Source: Rhodospirillaceae bacterium (GTDB lineage: Bacteria; Pseudomonadota; Alphaproteobacteria; UBA6615). Taken from it: DNA of 64,000 bases. The stretch covers positions 3,683-67,682 of the forward strand of contig JABIVD010000016.1 of NCBI GenBank assembly GCA_018667335.1, given 5' to 3'. Below are positions 8,489-17,891 of this stretch, in pieces. Position numbers and translations under genes: made by a program. Position 1 is the stretch's first letter. Every line of letters starts with the position of its first letter. The notes under the pieces are model-generated. The model saw only the letters and a program-made list of their open reading frames with translations, made no database searches and had not been told where the DNA came from.

Positions 8489-11098
8489 TTATTCGCCCGC
8501 CTCGCGGAACCCGTGTATGCGACTTGGCGGAAAACGAACAGTGACGACCGTCCCGAGATTCGGAGTGCTTTCGAACAGCAGTTGCACCCCTAGCGCATCG
8601 CAAAACATTTGCGACAAGGGCAGTCCCAGGCCGACCCCTTCATGACTTCGGGTTAGCGCGTTTTCAATCTGGCCGAAGGGCTCGAACGCAGTCTTGAGAT
8701 GCTCCTGGTCAATTCCAACACCGGTATCGGCCACGGTAATCTCTACCTCGCCGGTTGGAAGGTAGATGGCGTTGATCGAAACCGAATCCCCCGTGTGCGA
8801 AAATTTGACAGCGTTGGAGAGCAAGTTGATGAAGACCTGCTTGGCGATACGCGAGTCGAGCCAAAGTGTCGGAAGGTTTTCCGCGACGTTGAGGTTCAGC
8901 TCCAACTCGACCGATTTGGCATGCGACTCGAGTAGTTGGCAAACCGATGTGAGCATTTCACGAATGTCCGTTTCCTGCTCGTGCAGGACCAGCGTACCCG
9001 CCTCGATCTGCGAGAGATCGAGAATATCGTTAATGATCCCAAGCAGATGATGTGCGCTTTCGTGTATCGCACGAACGTCACCGACATACTCCGGATTACC
9101 GACGGGGCCACGAATTTCCTCCAGCATCATTTCGGAGAACCCGATAACGGCATTGAGCGGTGTCCGCAGTTCGTGGCTCATATTGGCGAGGAACTCTGAC
9201 TTTGCGAGGTTGGCCAATTCCGCAAATTCCTTCGCTTGGGCGAGGGACTGTTCGTGCCGTTTGGCGTCGGTCACATCAAACAGGACCGTAATGAATCCAT
9301 CTTCGGAAGTTCTCTGGTCCACTATTCGAAGCCAGCGATTGTCGCGGACAGCGACGGTGCGCGCGAGTTTGCTGGCCGTGCTGGGTTTTAGTTCACGCCG
9401 GCGGGAGCACCATTCTTTCTGTTGTTCCGCGGATATGTCGAACAGTCCGGATTTGACCGCCGCTCCAAGAATCTGTTCGAACGGCGTCCCGGGTTCGCAA
9501 ACCTTGCGGTTCTCGGCATGCAGTCGGCGGAAGGCCGTGTTGCAGATGGTCAGCCGGTCGTTTGCGTCGAACATGGCGAACGCCTCGCCGAAGCTCTCCA
9601 TCGCATCCAGAAGTTGTCGCTGGATCGTATCCCGCTGGTTCTCGGCTTCGACATACTCCGACAAATCTTCGACGGTGATCACAAAACTGTCCTGCCCGGT
9701 CGAGACTTCGCGGGTCGTAACGTCGGCTGGAAATGTTGTGCCGTCCAACCGTCTCGCCACGCGCCGCATAGGTTCATCGGCTGCGACCAATTCTTGGGCG
9801 AAGCTCTCGCCAACCGACCGGTCATTGAGGAGGCCCGGGAAGTAATCGGTAACATCCTGGCCGATCATCGCTTTGCGCGATTGTCCGAACATACGCAGGG
9901 CGGCGGCGTTTGCGGAGCGGATTCTCCCGTCGGCGTCGACCGTCAGGATTGCTTCACCGATCGTGTTGAAGACGAGTTGCATGAACCGTGAAGAGGTTCG
10001 CTGTTCGCGTGCGAGGGTGAAGATGCGCTGCCGCTGGCTTTGAAGTTGCTCGGCGGTGCTGGCGAGGAAAACCAGGAACGCCGCGAGCATCCATGGGGCG
10101 GTATCAAGCAGGATGGGTGACAGCGAATATACCGCGAAGGACGCGGCAAATGATCCGGCTACAGCACCACCACACAGCAAAGCGGATTGTGTGATGTTTG
10201 GTCTGCGTCGTGTCAGGCGCCAGAGGCCGAAAACCAGAATGGCAGTGACGATCAGGGTAAACAGACCCGTCGGTCTGACGAGTGCACGGTCTTGGAGCAG
10301 GGACTGCGCTGCGAGCACATGCGTGAGAGTTGCCGGCAAAGCCCTGTAGCGCGACACGGGGACATGGGTGCCCAATTGGCTGGATGTCACGCCGATCACG
10401 ACATGACGACCTCGCACCTTCTCCGGTGCCACCTCGCCGTTCAGAACGTCGATATAGGACAGCATCGGAATCGTGGCCGGATCGAAGCTCAGGTCGATAT
10501 AGAAAAGCGCTGGTTGTGCGTTTGCGCCGGAGGCCAATGCCGTCGAGAACGTCGGCACGAACGACCGACCCGTATCTTCAAATAAGGGCATGCGGCGTAC
10601 TCGCCCGTCTGCGTCGGGTCGCAACACGATGGCGGCGACATTGCTTGAGGTGCGGAACATTTCCAGCGGTTGGCTGAGTAGTTTCGTCGGTGGATGGGAG
10701 GAAAAATTCTGCCGCTGTGTAAACGCGGCCAAAATTGTGTTCTCGCGATAGCGCATGAGAGTCTCGGCCAAGGCCGCGTCGTCGACGGGATCTCCGGCGG
10801 AACTGAGATCGATATCGATCGCGACAAGATCGGCGCCGAGTTGATGTAGTCGTTCGATGACGTCCGCGTGGCGCGCACGCGGCCAGGGCCATGCGCCCAT
10901 CGCGGCGAGACTCTTGGGGTCGATCGTGACCACCACGATATCCGTGTTCACCGCACGCGTCTGGCTGCTGAGGCGCAAATCGATCAGCGGGTTTTCGACA
11001 AATTCGAATCCCCGTCCGAGAAATATGGCGGCGACGATCAGAAAGATGATCGCAGGCACGCCAAATCGACGGAGGAACTGTGCGGCTTCCCCGGTCAA
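8489..11098 (-). CDS. CHASE2-domain sensor histidine kinase with cytoplasmic PAS domains, HisKA and HATPase_c
   Basis: 869 aa. N-terminal TM helix, periplasmic CHASE2-like region, TM cluster, PAS repeats, H-box [22 protein letters not shown], then N/G1/G2 ATPase motifs. No receiver domain. Confidence 0.85.
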   Translation of the reverse strand: MTGEAAQFLRRFGVPAIIFLIVAAIFLGRGFEFVENPLIDLRLSSQTRAVNTDIVVVTIDPKSLAAMGAWPWPRARHADVIERLHQLGADLVAIDIDLSSAGDPVDDAALAETLMRYRENTILAAFTQRQNFSSHPPTKLLSQPLEMFRTSSNVAAIVLRPDADGRVRRMPLFEDTGRSFVPTFSTALASGANAQPALFYIDLSFDPATIPMLSYIDVLNGEVAPEKVRGRHVVIGVTSSQLGTHVPVSRYRALPATLTHVLAAQSLLQDRALVRPTGLFTLIVTAILVFGLWRLTRRRPNITQSALLCGGAVAGSFAASFAVYSLSPILLDTAPWMLAAFLVFLASTAEQLQSQRQRIFTLAREQRTSSRFMQLVFNTIGEAILTVDADGRIRSANAAALRMFGQSRKAMIGQDVTDYFPGLLNDRSVGESFAQELVAADEPMRRVARRLDGTTFPADVTTREVSTGQDSFVITVEDLSEYVEAENQRDTIQRQLLDAMESFGEAFAMFDANDRLTICNTAFRRLHAENRKVCEPGTPFEQILGAAVKSGLFDISAEQQKEWCSRRRELKPSTASKLARTVAVRDNRWLRIVDQRTSEDGFITVLFDVTDAKRHEQSLAQAKEFAELANLAKSEFLANMSHELRTPLNAVIGFSEMMLEEIRGPVGNPEYVGDVRAIHESAHHLLGIINDILDLSQIEAGTLVLHEQETDIREMLTSVCQLLESHAKSVELELNLNVAENLPTLWLDSRIAKQVFINLLSNAVKFSHTGDSVSINAIYLPTGEVEITVADTGVGIDQEHLKTAFEPFGQIENALTRSHEGVGLGLPLSQMFCDALGVQLLFESTPNLGTVVTVRFPPSRIHGFREAGE

Positions 11099-11122
11099 CC
11101 GGTCGTGCCCGGGACGGAGGGG

Positions 11123-12307
11123 CTAATTCCCATTTCCGTTCCCGTTCCCGTTTCCATTGCCATTTCCGTTCCCGTTTCCGTTTCCGTTCCCGTTTCCGTT
11201 GCCGTTTCCGTTGCCGTTTCCGTTTCCGTTGCCGTTTCCGTTGCCGTTCCCGTTCCCGTTTCCGTTCCCGTTTGAATTGCCATTGCTCGTGGCATTGGTG
11301 GTCGCGTTGGTGGACTCAAGGGTTGTACTGAATACGCCTGCGGAGCCTGCGCCGCCGGTATCTCCTGTCAGGCTTGGGTTTAATTTGTCCCGCGCGCTGC
11401 CGATCAGCCCGCGGGTCGCTGACGATGCGTTGAGATTTGCGCTGCCAAGTGTTTTTGAGATCACGACCGGCTTGCCACCACCGCGCGCGCCTGCATTCTG
11501 AGGTTTATCGCTTCTCTGGCTGCGCTCCTGGGAATTCTCGCCGCCGCGGCCCGGATTATCTGCCTTGGCTTGGTCGCCTCCCTCTGATGCGCCACGGCCT
11601 TCACCGCGCTGCTCTCCGTCTCCACCCGGCGTGCCTTCGGCGGGTGCGCCGCCGTCTGTCGGGGTCTGGCTTTCAAATTCTCCCGGCGATAATGTCTCCG
11701 TCGAAACGCCGCTGCCGGGCTGGGTTGTGACTCGCGCCGATTGACCCGGACCGACGACCACGGATTGTCCAATACCCAGCGCAGTCACGCCGACGCGGCC
11801 TTCCGCGACATTCACGCGAGACCGCTGGTCGGTTACCGAGACGCTGAAGGAAGTCCCTTTGACGATCGCTGCCAGATAAGGTGTCTGGACTTCAAAATCC
11901 TGCCCGGGCCGTTTGTCTACATCGAAGAAGGCCTTGCCCAGCAGCACCCGAATGCGGGTGATGATTGAATTTGCCGGATGCGGGGGCACCGCCACCCGTC
12001 ATGCCGGCATTATTCGAATGATATCTTCGCCGCGTGAGAGCCTTGCGAGGCCGTTTGGGCCCGTCTCGATCTCGCTGGCCCGGACGATCTGCGCCCCTTG
12101 TTCCAGGGTTTGCCACGCCGTTTCAGTTTGGCCCTGGCTGGCGGGGCGGACTAGAACCTCACCGGAGATCTGAACGACGATCCATGCTGGAGATACGGTG
12201 GATTGTTGCGCGGCGGCGGGAGCGGAGACAGCCAAAGCTGCCAACAGGCAAAGCCCGCCCACCAACAGGAAAGCGGCTTTTACCTTCAATCGCCGGATTG
12301 CGCTCAT
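11123..12307 (-). pseudogene. FecR-domain protein with signal peptide and a C-terminal (GN)n tail; the frame is broken by an in-frame TGA at 11999-12001
   Basis: The upstream part (signal peptide, ...GLARLSRGEDIIRIMPA) and the downstream part (RVAVPPHPANSIITRIRVLLGKAFFDVDK...VQTPYLAAIVKGTSFSV) are in the same frame and together form one FecR domain, separated only by TGA. It could be a nonsense mutation, a read-through site or a sequencing error. Confidence 0.6.
11126..11290. repeat. Hexanucleotide (GGNAAY) repeat encoding ~27 consecutive Gly-Asn dipeptides at the C-terminus of the FecR-domain protein
   Basis: The + strand reads ccatttccgttcccgtttcc... for ~160 nt. The minus-strand translation is NGNGNGN... 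Confidence 0.85.
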
Positions 12308-12494
12308 TGAAAGCGCCTTGCCAAGGTTTAATCCGGTAAGACCCACGGGCATGGTGTTGGGCTCGTTCAAGCCTACCTCCAAGCAGCAAGTGTGAGTTGT
12401 TTCCGTCTCGCCTGGAACGAATTATCGTAGCTTTCTGCATGAAGTAAACGCGGTAATATCGTGTTAACCATAGATAATTGGCGGCGAACAGAAA

Positions 12495-13439
12495 ATGAAC
12501 AATAAAAACAATGATATATCGACAGTCGGCGTCATCGGCGCGGGCACGATCGGCTCGTCCTGGGCCGCATACTTCCTTGCCCATGGGCTCAAGGTCCGCT
12601 GCTGGGATCCGCTCGACGGATATGCGGAGAACGTGAACGCACTCGTCGCGCGCGCCTGGCCGATCATGACCGAACTGGGCCTGGCCGACGGTGCGTCGCT
12701 GGACAATCTCACCTGTTATGACCGGATCACCGAGGCACTGGACGGGGTTCAGTTTGTTCAGGAAAGCGGCCCGGAAGACGCCGAGATCAAGGCGCTGCTC
12801 ATGGCGGAGATCGACCGGGACATTCCCGAAGATGTTGTGATTTCGTCGAGTTCGACGGCATTGCCCGTGTCGGAGTATCAACACCTGGCGGCCCATCCGG
12901 GCCGCATTGTGCTCGGTCATCCGTTCAACCCGCCCCATCTGATGCCCGTGGTCGAAGTCGGCGGTGGCAAGCTGACCGAAACCTGGGCCGTCGATCAGGC
13001 AATGGCGTTCTATGACGCGATCGGCAAAACGCCGATCCGCCTGCGCGCAGAGATTCCGGGTCACCTGGTGAACCGGTTGCAGGCCGCGCTCTACCGCGAG
13101 GCGGTCTATCTGGTCGCGGAGGGTTATGCCTCGGTCGAGGATATCGACAAGGCGATCACCGGTGGCCCCGGTTTGCGCTGGGCGTTCATGGGCCCACACA
13201 TGACCTATCATCTGGGCGGCGGCGACGGCGGTATCCGGCGCTATCTCGAAAACCTCGGACCCAGCCAGGAGCGCCGCTGGGAGGCGTTGGGTGACCCCCA
13301 GCTCACCGACGAGGTGAAACAGAAGATTATCGACGGGGTCGATGCCGAGGCGCACGGCCGCACGATTGGTGAATTGACCACGGACCGAGACGCGACGCTG
13401 TTGAAGCTTCTAAAGGCCCTCGGCAGCGGTAAAGACTAG
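12495..13439 (+). CDS. L-carnitine dehydrogenase-like 3-hydroxyacyl-CoA dehydrogenase family protein
   Basis: Rossmann motif VGVIGAGTIGSSWA. Segments GHPFNPPHLMPVVEVGGG, LRWAFMGPHMTYHLGGGDGGIRRYLENLGP and AHGRTIGELTTDRDATLLKLLKALG align closely with characterised carnitine dehydrogenases. Confidence 0.75.
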   Translation: MNNKNNDISTVGVIGAGTIGSSWAAYFLAHGLKVRCWDPLDGYAENVNALVARAWPIMTELGLADGASLDNLTCYDRITEALDGVQFVQESGPEDAEIKALLMAEIDRDIPEDVVISSSSTALPVSEYQHLAAHPGRIVLGHPFNPPHLMPVVEVGGGKLTETWAVDQAMAFYDAIGKTPIRLRAEIPGHLVNRLQAALYREAVYLVAEGYASVEDIDKAITGGPGLRWAFMGPHMTYHLGGGDGGIRRYLENLGPSQERRWEALGDPQLTDEVKQKIIDGVDAEAHGRTIGELTTDRDATLLKLLKALGSGKD

Positions 13440-13507
13440 AATCTGCGGGGCCGCTGCGGTCAGTGCGCAGCTGGTTTTCCGAAATTTGATTGTCCAGGGA
13501 GAGTTCC

Positions 13508-14668
13508 GTGTCCCCATCCAAGCCTTCATCCACGTCGTTGTTTTCGCCGCTCGACATTCGTGGCATCCGGTTTCGAAACCGGATCGTGATTTCGCCGATG
13601 TGTACCTATTCGGCGACCGATGGACTGGCGAGCGACTGGCATCTCGTGCATCTGGGAAAGTTCGCGCTTGGTGGCGCGGCGGCCGTGTTCACCGAGGCGG
13701 CGGCGGTCGAGCCGCGCGGCCGGATCACTCATGGTGATCTGGGCATCTGGTCGGCCGAACATGCGGCAGCCCTGAAGCCGGTCACTTCGTTTCTGCGCCA
13801 GAACGGCGCGCTGCCGGGGGTTCAGATCGCACATGCCGGACGCAAGGCGAGCATGCAGCGACCGTGGCATGGCAACGGGCCGATGGATGATACCGACAAG
13901 GATCGTGGTGAAAACGCATGGGATGTCGTCGCCGCCAGCGCCGAACCGGTGAAGGATGGCTGGCTGATGCCCGCCGAGCTTTCGATGCCGGAGATCCTGG
14001 ACATTCAGGCAAACTTCGCCACCGCGGTCGGGCACGCGGCCGATGCCGGATTCGAGGTGCTGGAAATCCATTCGGCCCATGGCTATCTCGCGCACTCATT
14101 CCTCTCGCCGCTCTCGAACCATCGCACCGATGCGTATGGCGGTGATCTGGCCGGGCGGATGCGCTTCACGCTGGAGACGGCAGAAAAAGTCCGCGCGGTC
14201 TGGCCCGACGACAAACCGTTGTTCGTGCGCATCTCTGCCGTCGATGCGGATGGTGGCGGCGAGGGCTGGCAACTTGATGATTCCGTCGCCCTGGCAGGCG
14301 AGCTCAAGGCGCGCGGCGTCGATGTTGTCGATTGCTCGTCAGGTGGTATCGCCGGTCTCGCGACCGCGGCACTCGGGCCGCGCGATCAGGGCTTCCGGGG
14401 ACCCTATGGTTCGCGGATCCGCGACGAAGCCGGAATTTCGACCATGGTCGTCGGGCTGGTGCTGGATGCGCATGTTGCGGAAGACCTGGTCGCGTCGGGT
14501 GCTGCCGATCTCGTCGCTGTCGGCCGCGAGGTTCTCTACAATCCCCATTGGCCGCACCACATGGCGCATGCGCTCGGGGCGGATCCGGAATTTGCGGAAT
14601 GGCCCGAACAGTATGGCTGGTGGCTGGTTCGGCGCGAGCCACTGTTGCAGGCCATTCGCGATGACTGA
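13508..14668 (+). CDS. Old Yellow Enzyme-family NADH:flavin oxidoreductase (NamA/YqjM-like)
   Basis: LFSPLDIRGIRFRNRIVISPMC, HSAHGYL and a C-terminal GxADLVAVGRE motif. GTG start chosen because of the upstream gggagag RBS; the TTG at 13490 is an alternative. Confidence 0.85.
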   Translation: MSPSKPSSTSLFSPLDIRGIRFRNRIVISPMCTYSATDGLASDWHLVHLGKFALGGAAAVFTEAAAVEPRGRITHGDLGIWSAEHAAALKPVTSFLRQNGALPGVQIAHAGRKASMQRPWHGNGPMDDTDKDRGENAWDVVAASAEPVKDGWLMPAELSMPEILDIQANFATAVGHAADAGFEVLEIHSAHGYLAHSFLSPLSNHRTDAYGGDLAGRMRFTLETAEKVRAVWPDDKPLFVRISAVDADGGGEGWQLDDSVALAGELKARGVDVVDCSSGGIAGLATAALGPRDQGFRGPYGSRIRDEAGISTMVVGLVLDAHVAEDLVASGAADLVAVGREVLYNPHWPHHMAHALGADPEFAEWPEQYGWWLVRREPLLQAIRDD

Positions 14669-14682
14669 TCAATCCCGCTGAC

Positions 14683-15471
14683 ATGCCGGAGCCCCGCTAC
14701 CAGAACCAGTCGGCGGAACGCAGTTTCGCGATCCTCGAATGTGTGGGTGCGGCGGAAAACCCGGTCCCGCTGGCCGTCGTTGCGCGCGAAACCGGCCTCA
14801 ACCGGGCGACCGTCTTTCGCATGCTCGCCGTGCTGACCCGCATGGGCTGGATCTACAAGAACCAGGCCGACAGCACCTATGCTCTCGGTCACAAGGCATT
14901 TGTGTTGGGGCGCCGAAAAAACCAGCTCGAGACCGTCATCCATCATGCGCGGCCCTTTGTTCGCCTTTTGGCCGGGGATCTGGGTGAAACTGTGCATCTG
15001 GCGGCGCTCGAGGGCCGGCAGATGGTGTATTGCGATAAAACCGAGCCACCGGAGGGGCATCCCGTCTCAACCGCGATTGGCATGCGCTTCGACGCGCATG
15101 CTACGGGCGTCGGCAAGGCGGTATTGGCCTGGCTGGAGGCTGACGAAATGCGCCAGATTTATTGCCAGCACCCGCCGCATGCCCACACCGCCCGGACGAT
15201 TACCAATGTCGATGCCTTGTTGCGTGAGCTGTCTGCCATCCGGGTGCAGGGATATGCCGTGGATGAAGGCGAGTTGATCCCGGGACTCACTTGTGTTGCC
15301 GCACCGATCATGAACTCGATCGGCCGTGCGATTGTGGCGCTGTCTGTGTCGGGTCCCGCATCCCGGTTTGATCCGGCGCGCGTCACGCTTCTGGCCGGCC
15401 GGCTGACCGCGACAGCGGCGGAAATATCCGACTATATTGTCGACCATGATTCGCGATCCGACAGCAGTTGA
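14683..15471 (+). CDS. IclR-family transcriptional regulator
   Basis: N-terminal wHTH (SFAILECVGAAENPVPLAVVARETGLNRATVFRMLAVL) and a C-terminal IclR effector domain. Confidence 0.85.
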   Translation: MPEPRYQNQSAERSFAILECVGAAENPVPLAVVARETGLNRATVFRMLAVLTRMGWIYKNQADSTYALGHKAFVLGRRKNQLETVIHHARPFVRLLAGDLGETVHLAALEGRQMVYCDKTEPPEGHPVSTAIGMRFDAHATGVGKAVLAWLEADEMRQIYCQHPPHAHTARTITNVDALLRELSAIRVQGYAVDEGELIPGLTCVAAPIMNSIGRAIVALSVSGPASRFDPARVTLLAGRLTATAAEISDYIVDHDSRSDSS

Positions 15472-15519
15472 GCGCGACATCCGCGCCGTAACGAAGAACT
15501 CATTTCCCCGGGGAACAGC

Positions 15520-16578
15520 ATGTCAGCACCAATCAAATTCTACTTCGATTTTGTATCCGCCTATTCGTATATCGCGATGAACCGGATCGATGCGCTCGGG
15601 GAGCGCTGGGGTCGGGAGGTCGAATGGAATTGCGTGCCGTTGCCGGAAATTTTGAGCCATCACGAGGCGACCTCACCGCGCGATCAACCGGCCAAGTTTG
15701 CGCACAACTCCAAGGACTTCCCGCGCCTGTGCGAGATGAATGATCTGCCGGTTTCCTTTCCGCCTGAGGTGCCGCCTTATGGTGCGACGCTCCATCGCCT
15801 GGTGTTCTGGCGCCTGCAGCGCAAGGACCCGGCCCTGGCCAAGACATTCGCGCGCGCCGTTGACCATCGCTATTTCGGCACGGGCAAAGAGGTGCGCACC
15901 GCGCAGCAACTCGCGAGCGCCTGCAAGGCGCGCGGTGTGGCGGTGTCCCTGAAGGAGATCCGGGCCGCCGCCGATGACAAACGTGCCCGGAAAGCTTTGC
16001 GCGATGCCTATGGCCGGGCGCTGGCCGACGGCATGTTTGGCGCGCCCTTCATGGTTCTGGATGGCGAGACCTTCTGGGGTGCCGACCGGCTCGATCATGT
16101 GGAGTATCGGCTTGAGCAGGCGATCAAGATCCCGCGGGGGTTCGAGCCATTCGACTTCACCAGCCCGTTCACGACGCGCAATGGCCCGCTGTTCGTGAAG
16201 CTCGGCAAGACGAAGGCCGTGTTCGGGTTTCGCGCCGACCACCGGCATCTCAACCCGCGCGATGTCGTGCATGGAGGCTGGATGACCAGCTTCGTCGATG
16301 TCGCGATGGCGCAGGCGGCGATGTACGAGATGGGTGTGGTCGGGCTGACGCCGACGATCCACCTGGAGGCGGATTTCCTCGCGCCGATATATCCGGGTCA
16401 GTGGGTCACATGCGATGCGCGGCTGGCGCGGAGCACGCGCACCATGAATTTCGTCGAGGGGACGGTCGTTGCCGACGGCGAGCCCGTGCTGCGCTGCTCG
16501 GCGATTTATCGCAAGCCGCGCGTCGTCAAAAAAAGGATCGGCAAGATCATGTCGCCGACCGCCGAGGTGTATGGCTGA
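15520..16578 (+). CDS. Fusion protein: DsbA-like 2-hydroxychromene-2-carboxylate isomerase domain plus C-terminal PaaI/hotdog thioesterase domain
   Basis: The N-terminal ~200 aa (IKFYFDFVSAYSYIAM ... FGAPFMVLDGETFWGADRLDHVE) looks like an HCCA-isomerase/DsbA fold. The C-terminal ~140 aa (NPRDVVHGGWMTSFVDVAMAQAAM ... FVEGTVVADGEPVLRCSAIY) looks like a PaaI-type hotdog thioesterase. Confidence 0.7.
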   Translation: MSAPIKFYFDFVSAYSYIAMNRIDALGERWGREVEWNCVPLPEILSHHEATSPRDQPAKFAHNSKDFPRLCEMNDLPVSFPPEVPPYGATLHRLVFWRLQRKDPALAKTFARAVDHRYFGTGKEVRTAQQLASACKARGVAVSLKEIRAAADDKRARKALRDAYGRALADGMFGAPFMVLDGETFWGADRLDHVEYRLEQAIKIPRGFEPFDFTSPFTTRNGPLFVKLGKTKAVFGFRADHRHLNPRDVVHGGWMTSFVDVAMAQAAMYEMGVVGLTPTIHLEADFLAPIYPGQWVTCDARLARSTRTMNFVEGTVVADGEPVLRCSAIYRKPRVVKKRIGKIMSPTAEVYG

Positions 16579-16589
16579 TCGGTCAGGCT

Positions 16590-17807
16590 TTACCGGTCAG
16601 GCGTAGAGTCGACGAAAGCCTGGAAGATGTCGTCGAACTTCTGGTGGGTGTCGGCGAAGGCTTCGATGAGTGTCGGATCGAAATGTCCGGCGGAATCGAT
16701 GCGTTCATCGCCCAGCAGAATTATGTCGCGCGCCCTCACATGGTCCAGAGCCGGCTTGTAGGATCGTTCCGAGCGCAGTGCATCGTAGATGTCGGCCATT
16801 TGGACGATCCGGGCGGAGAGCGGAATTTCATCTTCGCGCTTGCCCGACGGGTAGCCGGTGCCGTCCCATTTTTCATGATGGTTGAGCGCGATGTCGGCGG
16901 CCATGCCCAGCCGCGGTGAACGGCTCAGGATACGTTGGCCGTACACCGTGTGGTTGTCCATTTCGCGCCGCTCGTCCACGGTCAGCGGGCCGGTCTTTCG
17001 CAAGACCGAGGGCGCAACGCCCATTTTACCGACATCATGGAGTTGGGCTGAGTAGCGCAGTTCCCGACAATAGTCGGCCTCCCGGCCAAGCGTGCCGGCA
17101 AGGAAGTGGCTGTATTCATTGACCCGGAAGACATGGTTGCCACTGCCCTCGTCATAAATTTCCGCGGCCCGTGCCAGGAGTGATACCGCCATTCGGAACG
17201 CCTCGTCCCCGTCGTCGTCCAGGCGCGCCAACTCCTCTGCCTGGTCGCGCAGTCGCTCGTTTCGCTCCTGCTTGTCGGTGTCGATATTGCCGATCTGTTC
17301 GAGGATGTCGGCGCGCTCAAGCGCGGCGCCGACCAGATGGTTGAACCGTGACAGCAATCCCAGATGTTCGTCGGCAAACCGGCGGCCGGCGCCGGCGTCG
17401 TTGGCAAGGGTGACGACACCCACGATTTCACCGGCATGATTGGACAGGGCAAAGGCAATCAGGGCGCCGGCGGTAACGCCGTGACAGGTGTCGATAATCG
17501 GGTCGAACGGAATGCCGATTGCCTCGATTCCCGCATCGTTGAACTTCAGGGTTTCGCCGGTCCGTGCGACCTGGGTAACGATCGCCGGATGCTCCAGGGG
17601 AATCGCTTCGCCGCGGGGCGTGGTATCGGGCTGGGCTGCTGCGCATTCCAGCAACTGTGCGCCTTCTTCATGGCGCATAAGATAAAGGGCGCCCGCATCC
17701 GCGCCCATAAGCTCGCGGGCCTGACGCAGCGCCTTGCCCGCCAGTTCGCGCGCGGACTGACCAGGATGATGATCAAGCAGTTCGCTGAATGTGAGCCGGT
17801 TGGTCAT
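16590..17807 (-). CDS. GAF-domain / HD-GYP-domain protein (putative c-di-GMP phosphodiesterase)
   Basis: HD motif LHDVGK and signature HHEKWDGTGYP. Start placed at the ATG with an AGG RBS; a GTG at 17855 is an alternative. Confidence 0.8.
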   Translation of the reverse strand: MTNRLTFSELLDHHPGQSARELAGKALRQARELMGADAGALYLMRHEEGAQLLECAAAQPDTTPRGEAIPLEHPAIVTQVARTGETLKFNDAGIEAIGIPFDPIIDTCHGVTAGALIAFALSNHAGEIVGVVTLANDAGAGRRFADEHLGLLSRFNHLVGAALERADILEQIGNIDTDKQERNERLRDQAEELARLDDDGDEAFRMAVSLLARAAEIYDEGSGNHVFRVNEYSHFLAGTLGREADYCRELRYSAQLHDVGKMGVAPSVLRKTGPLTVDERREMDNHTVYGQRILSRSPRLGMAADIALNHHEKWDGTGYPSGKREDEIPLSARIVQMADIYDALRSERSYKPALDHVRARDIILLGDERIDSAGHFDPTLIEAFADTHQKFDDIFQAFVDSTPDR

Positions 17808-17891
17808 CGGGTATTGCCTGCCAGAATCCTTAACGTTGGTTTGTTGGGCCGACACGGTAGACAGGTCTGCATGAACACAAGGTTACCGCAT

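Noticed and set aside
11126-11290. Possible CRISPR array because of regular short repeats
   Set aside because: The repeats are contiguous 6-nt units with no spacers and lie inside a coding region. No cas genes are present. This is a microsatellite, not a CRISPR.
11080-11331. ORFs translating the hexanucleotide repeat as RFR/PVSV/ETGT repeats on either strand
   Set aside because: These are alternative frames of the (GN)n-encoding microsatellite. Only the GN frame is contiguous with the FecR domain.
12159-13355. 398-aa minus-strand ORF
   Set aside because: Antisense to the carnitine-dehydrogenase-like gene, which has a clear Rossmann motif and family conservation.
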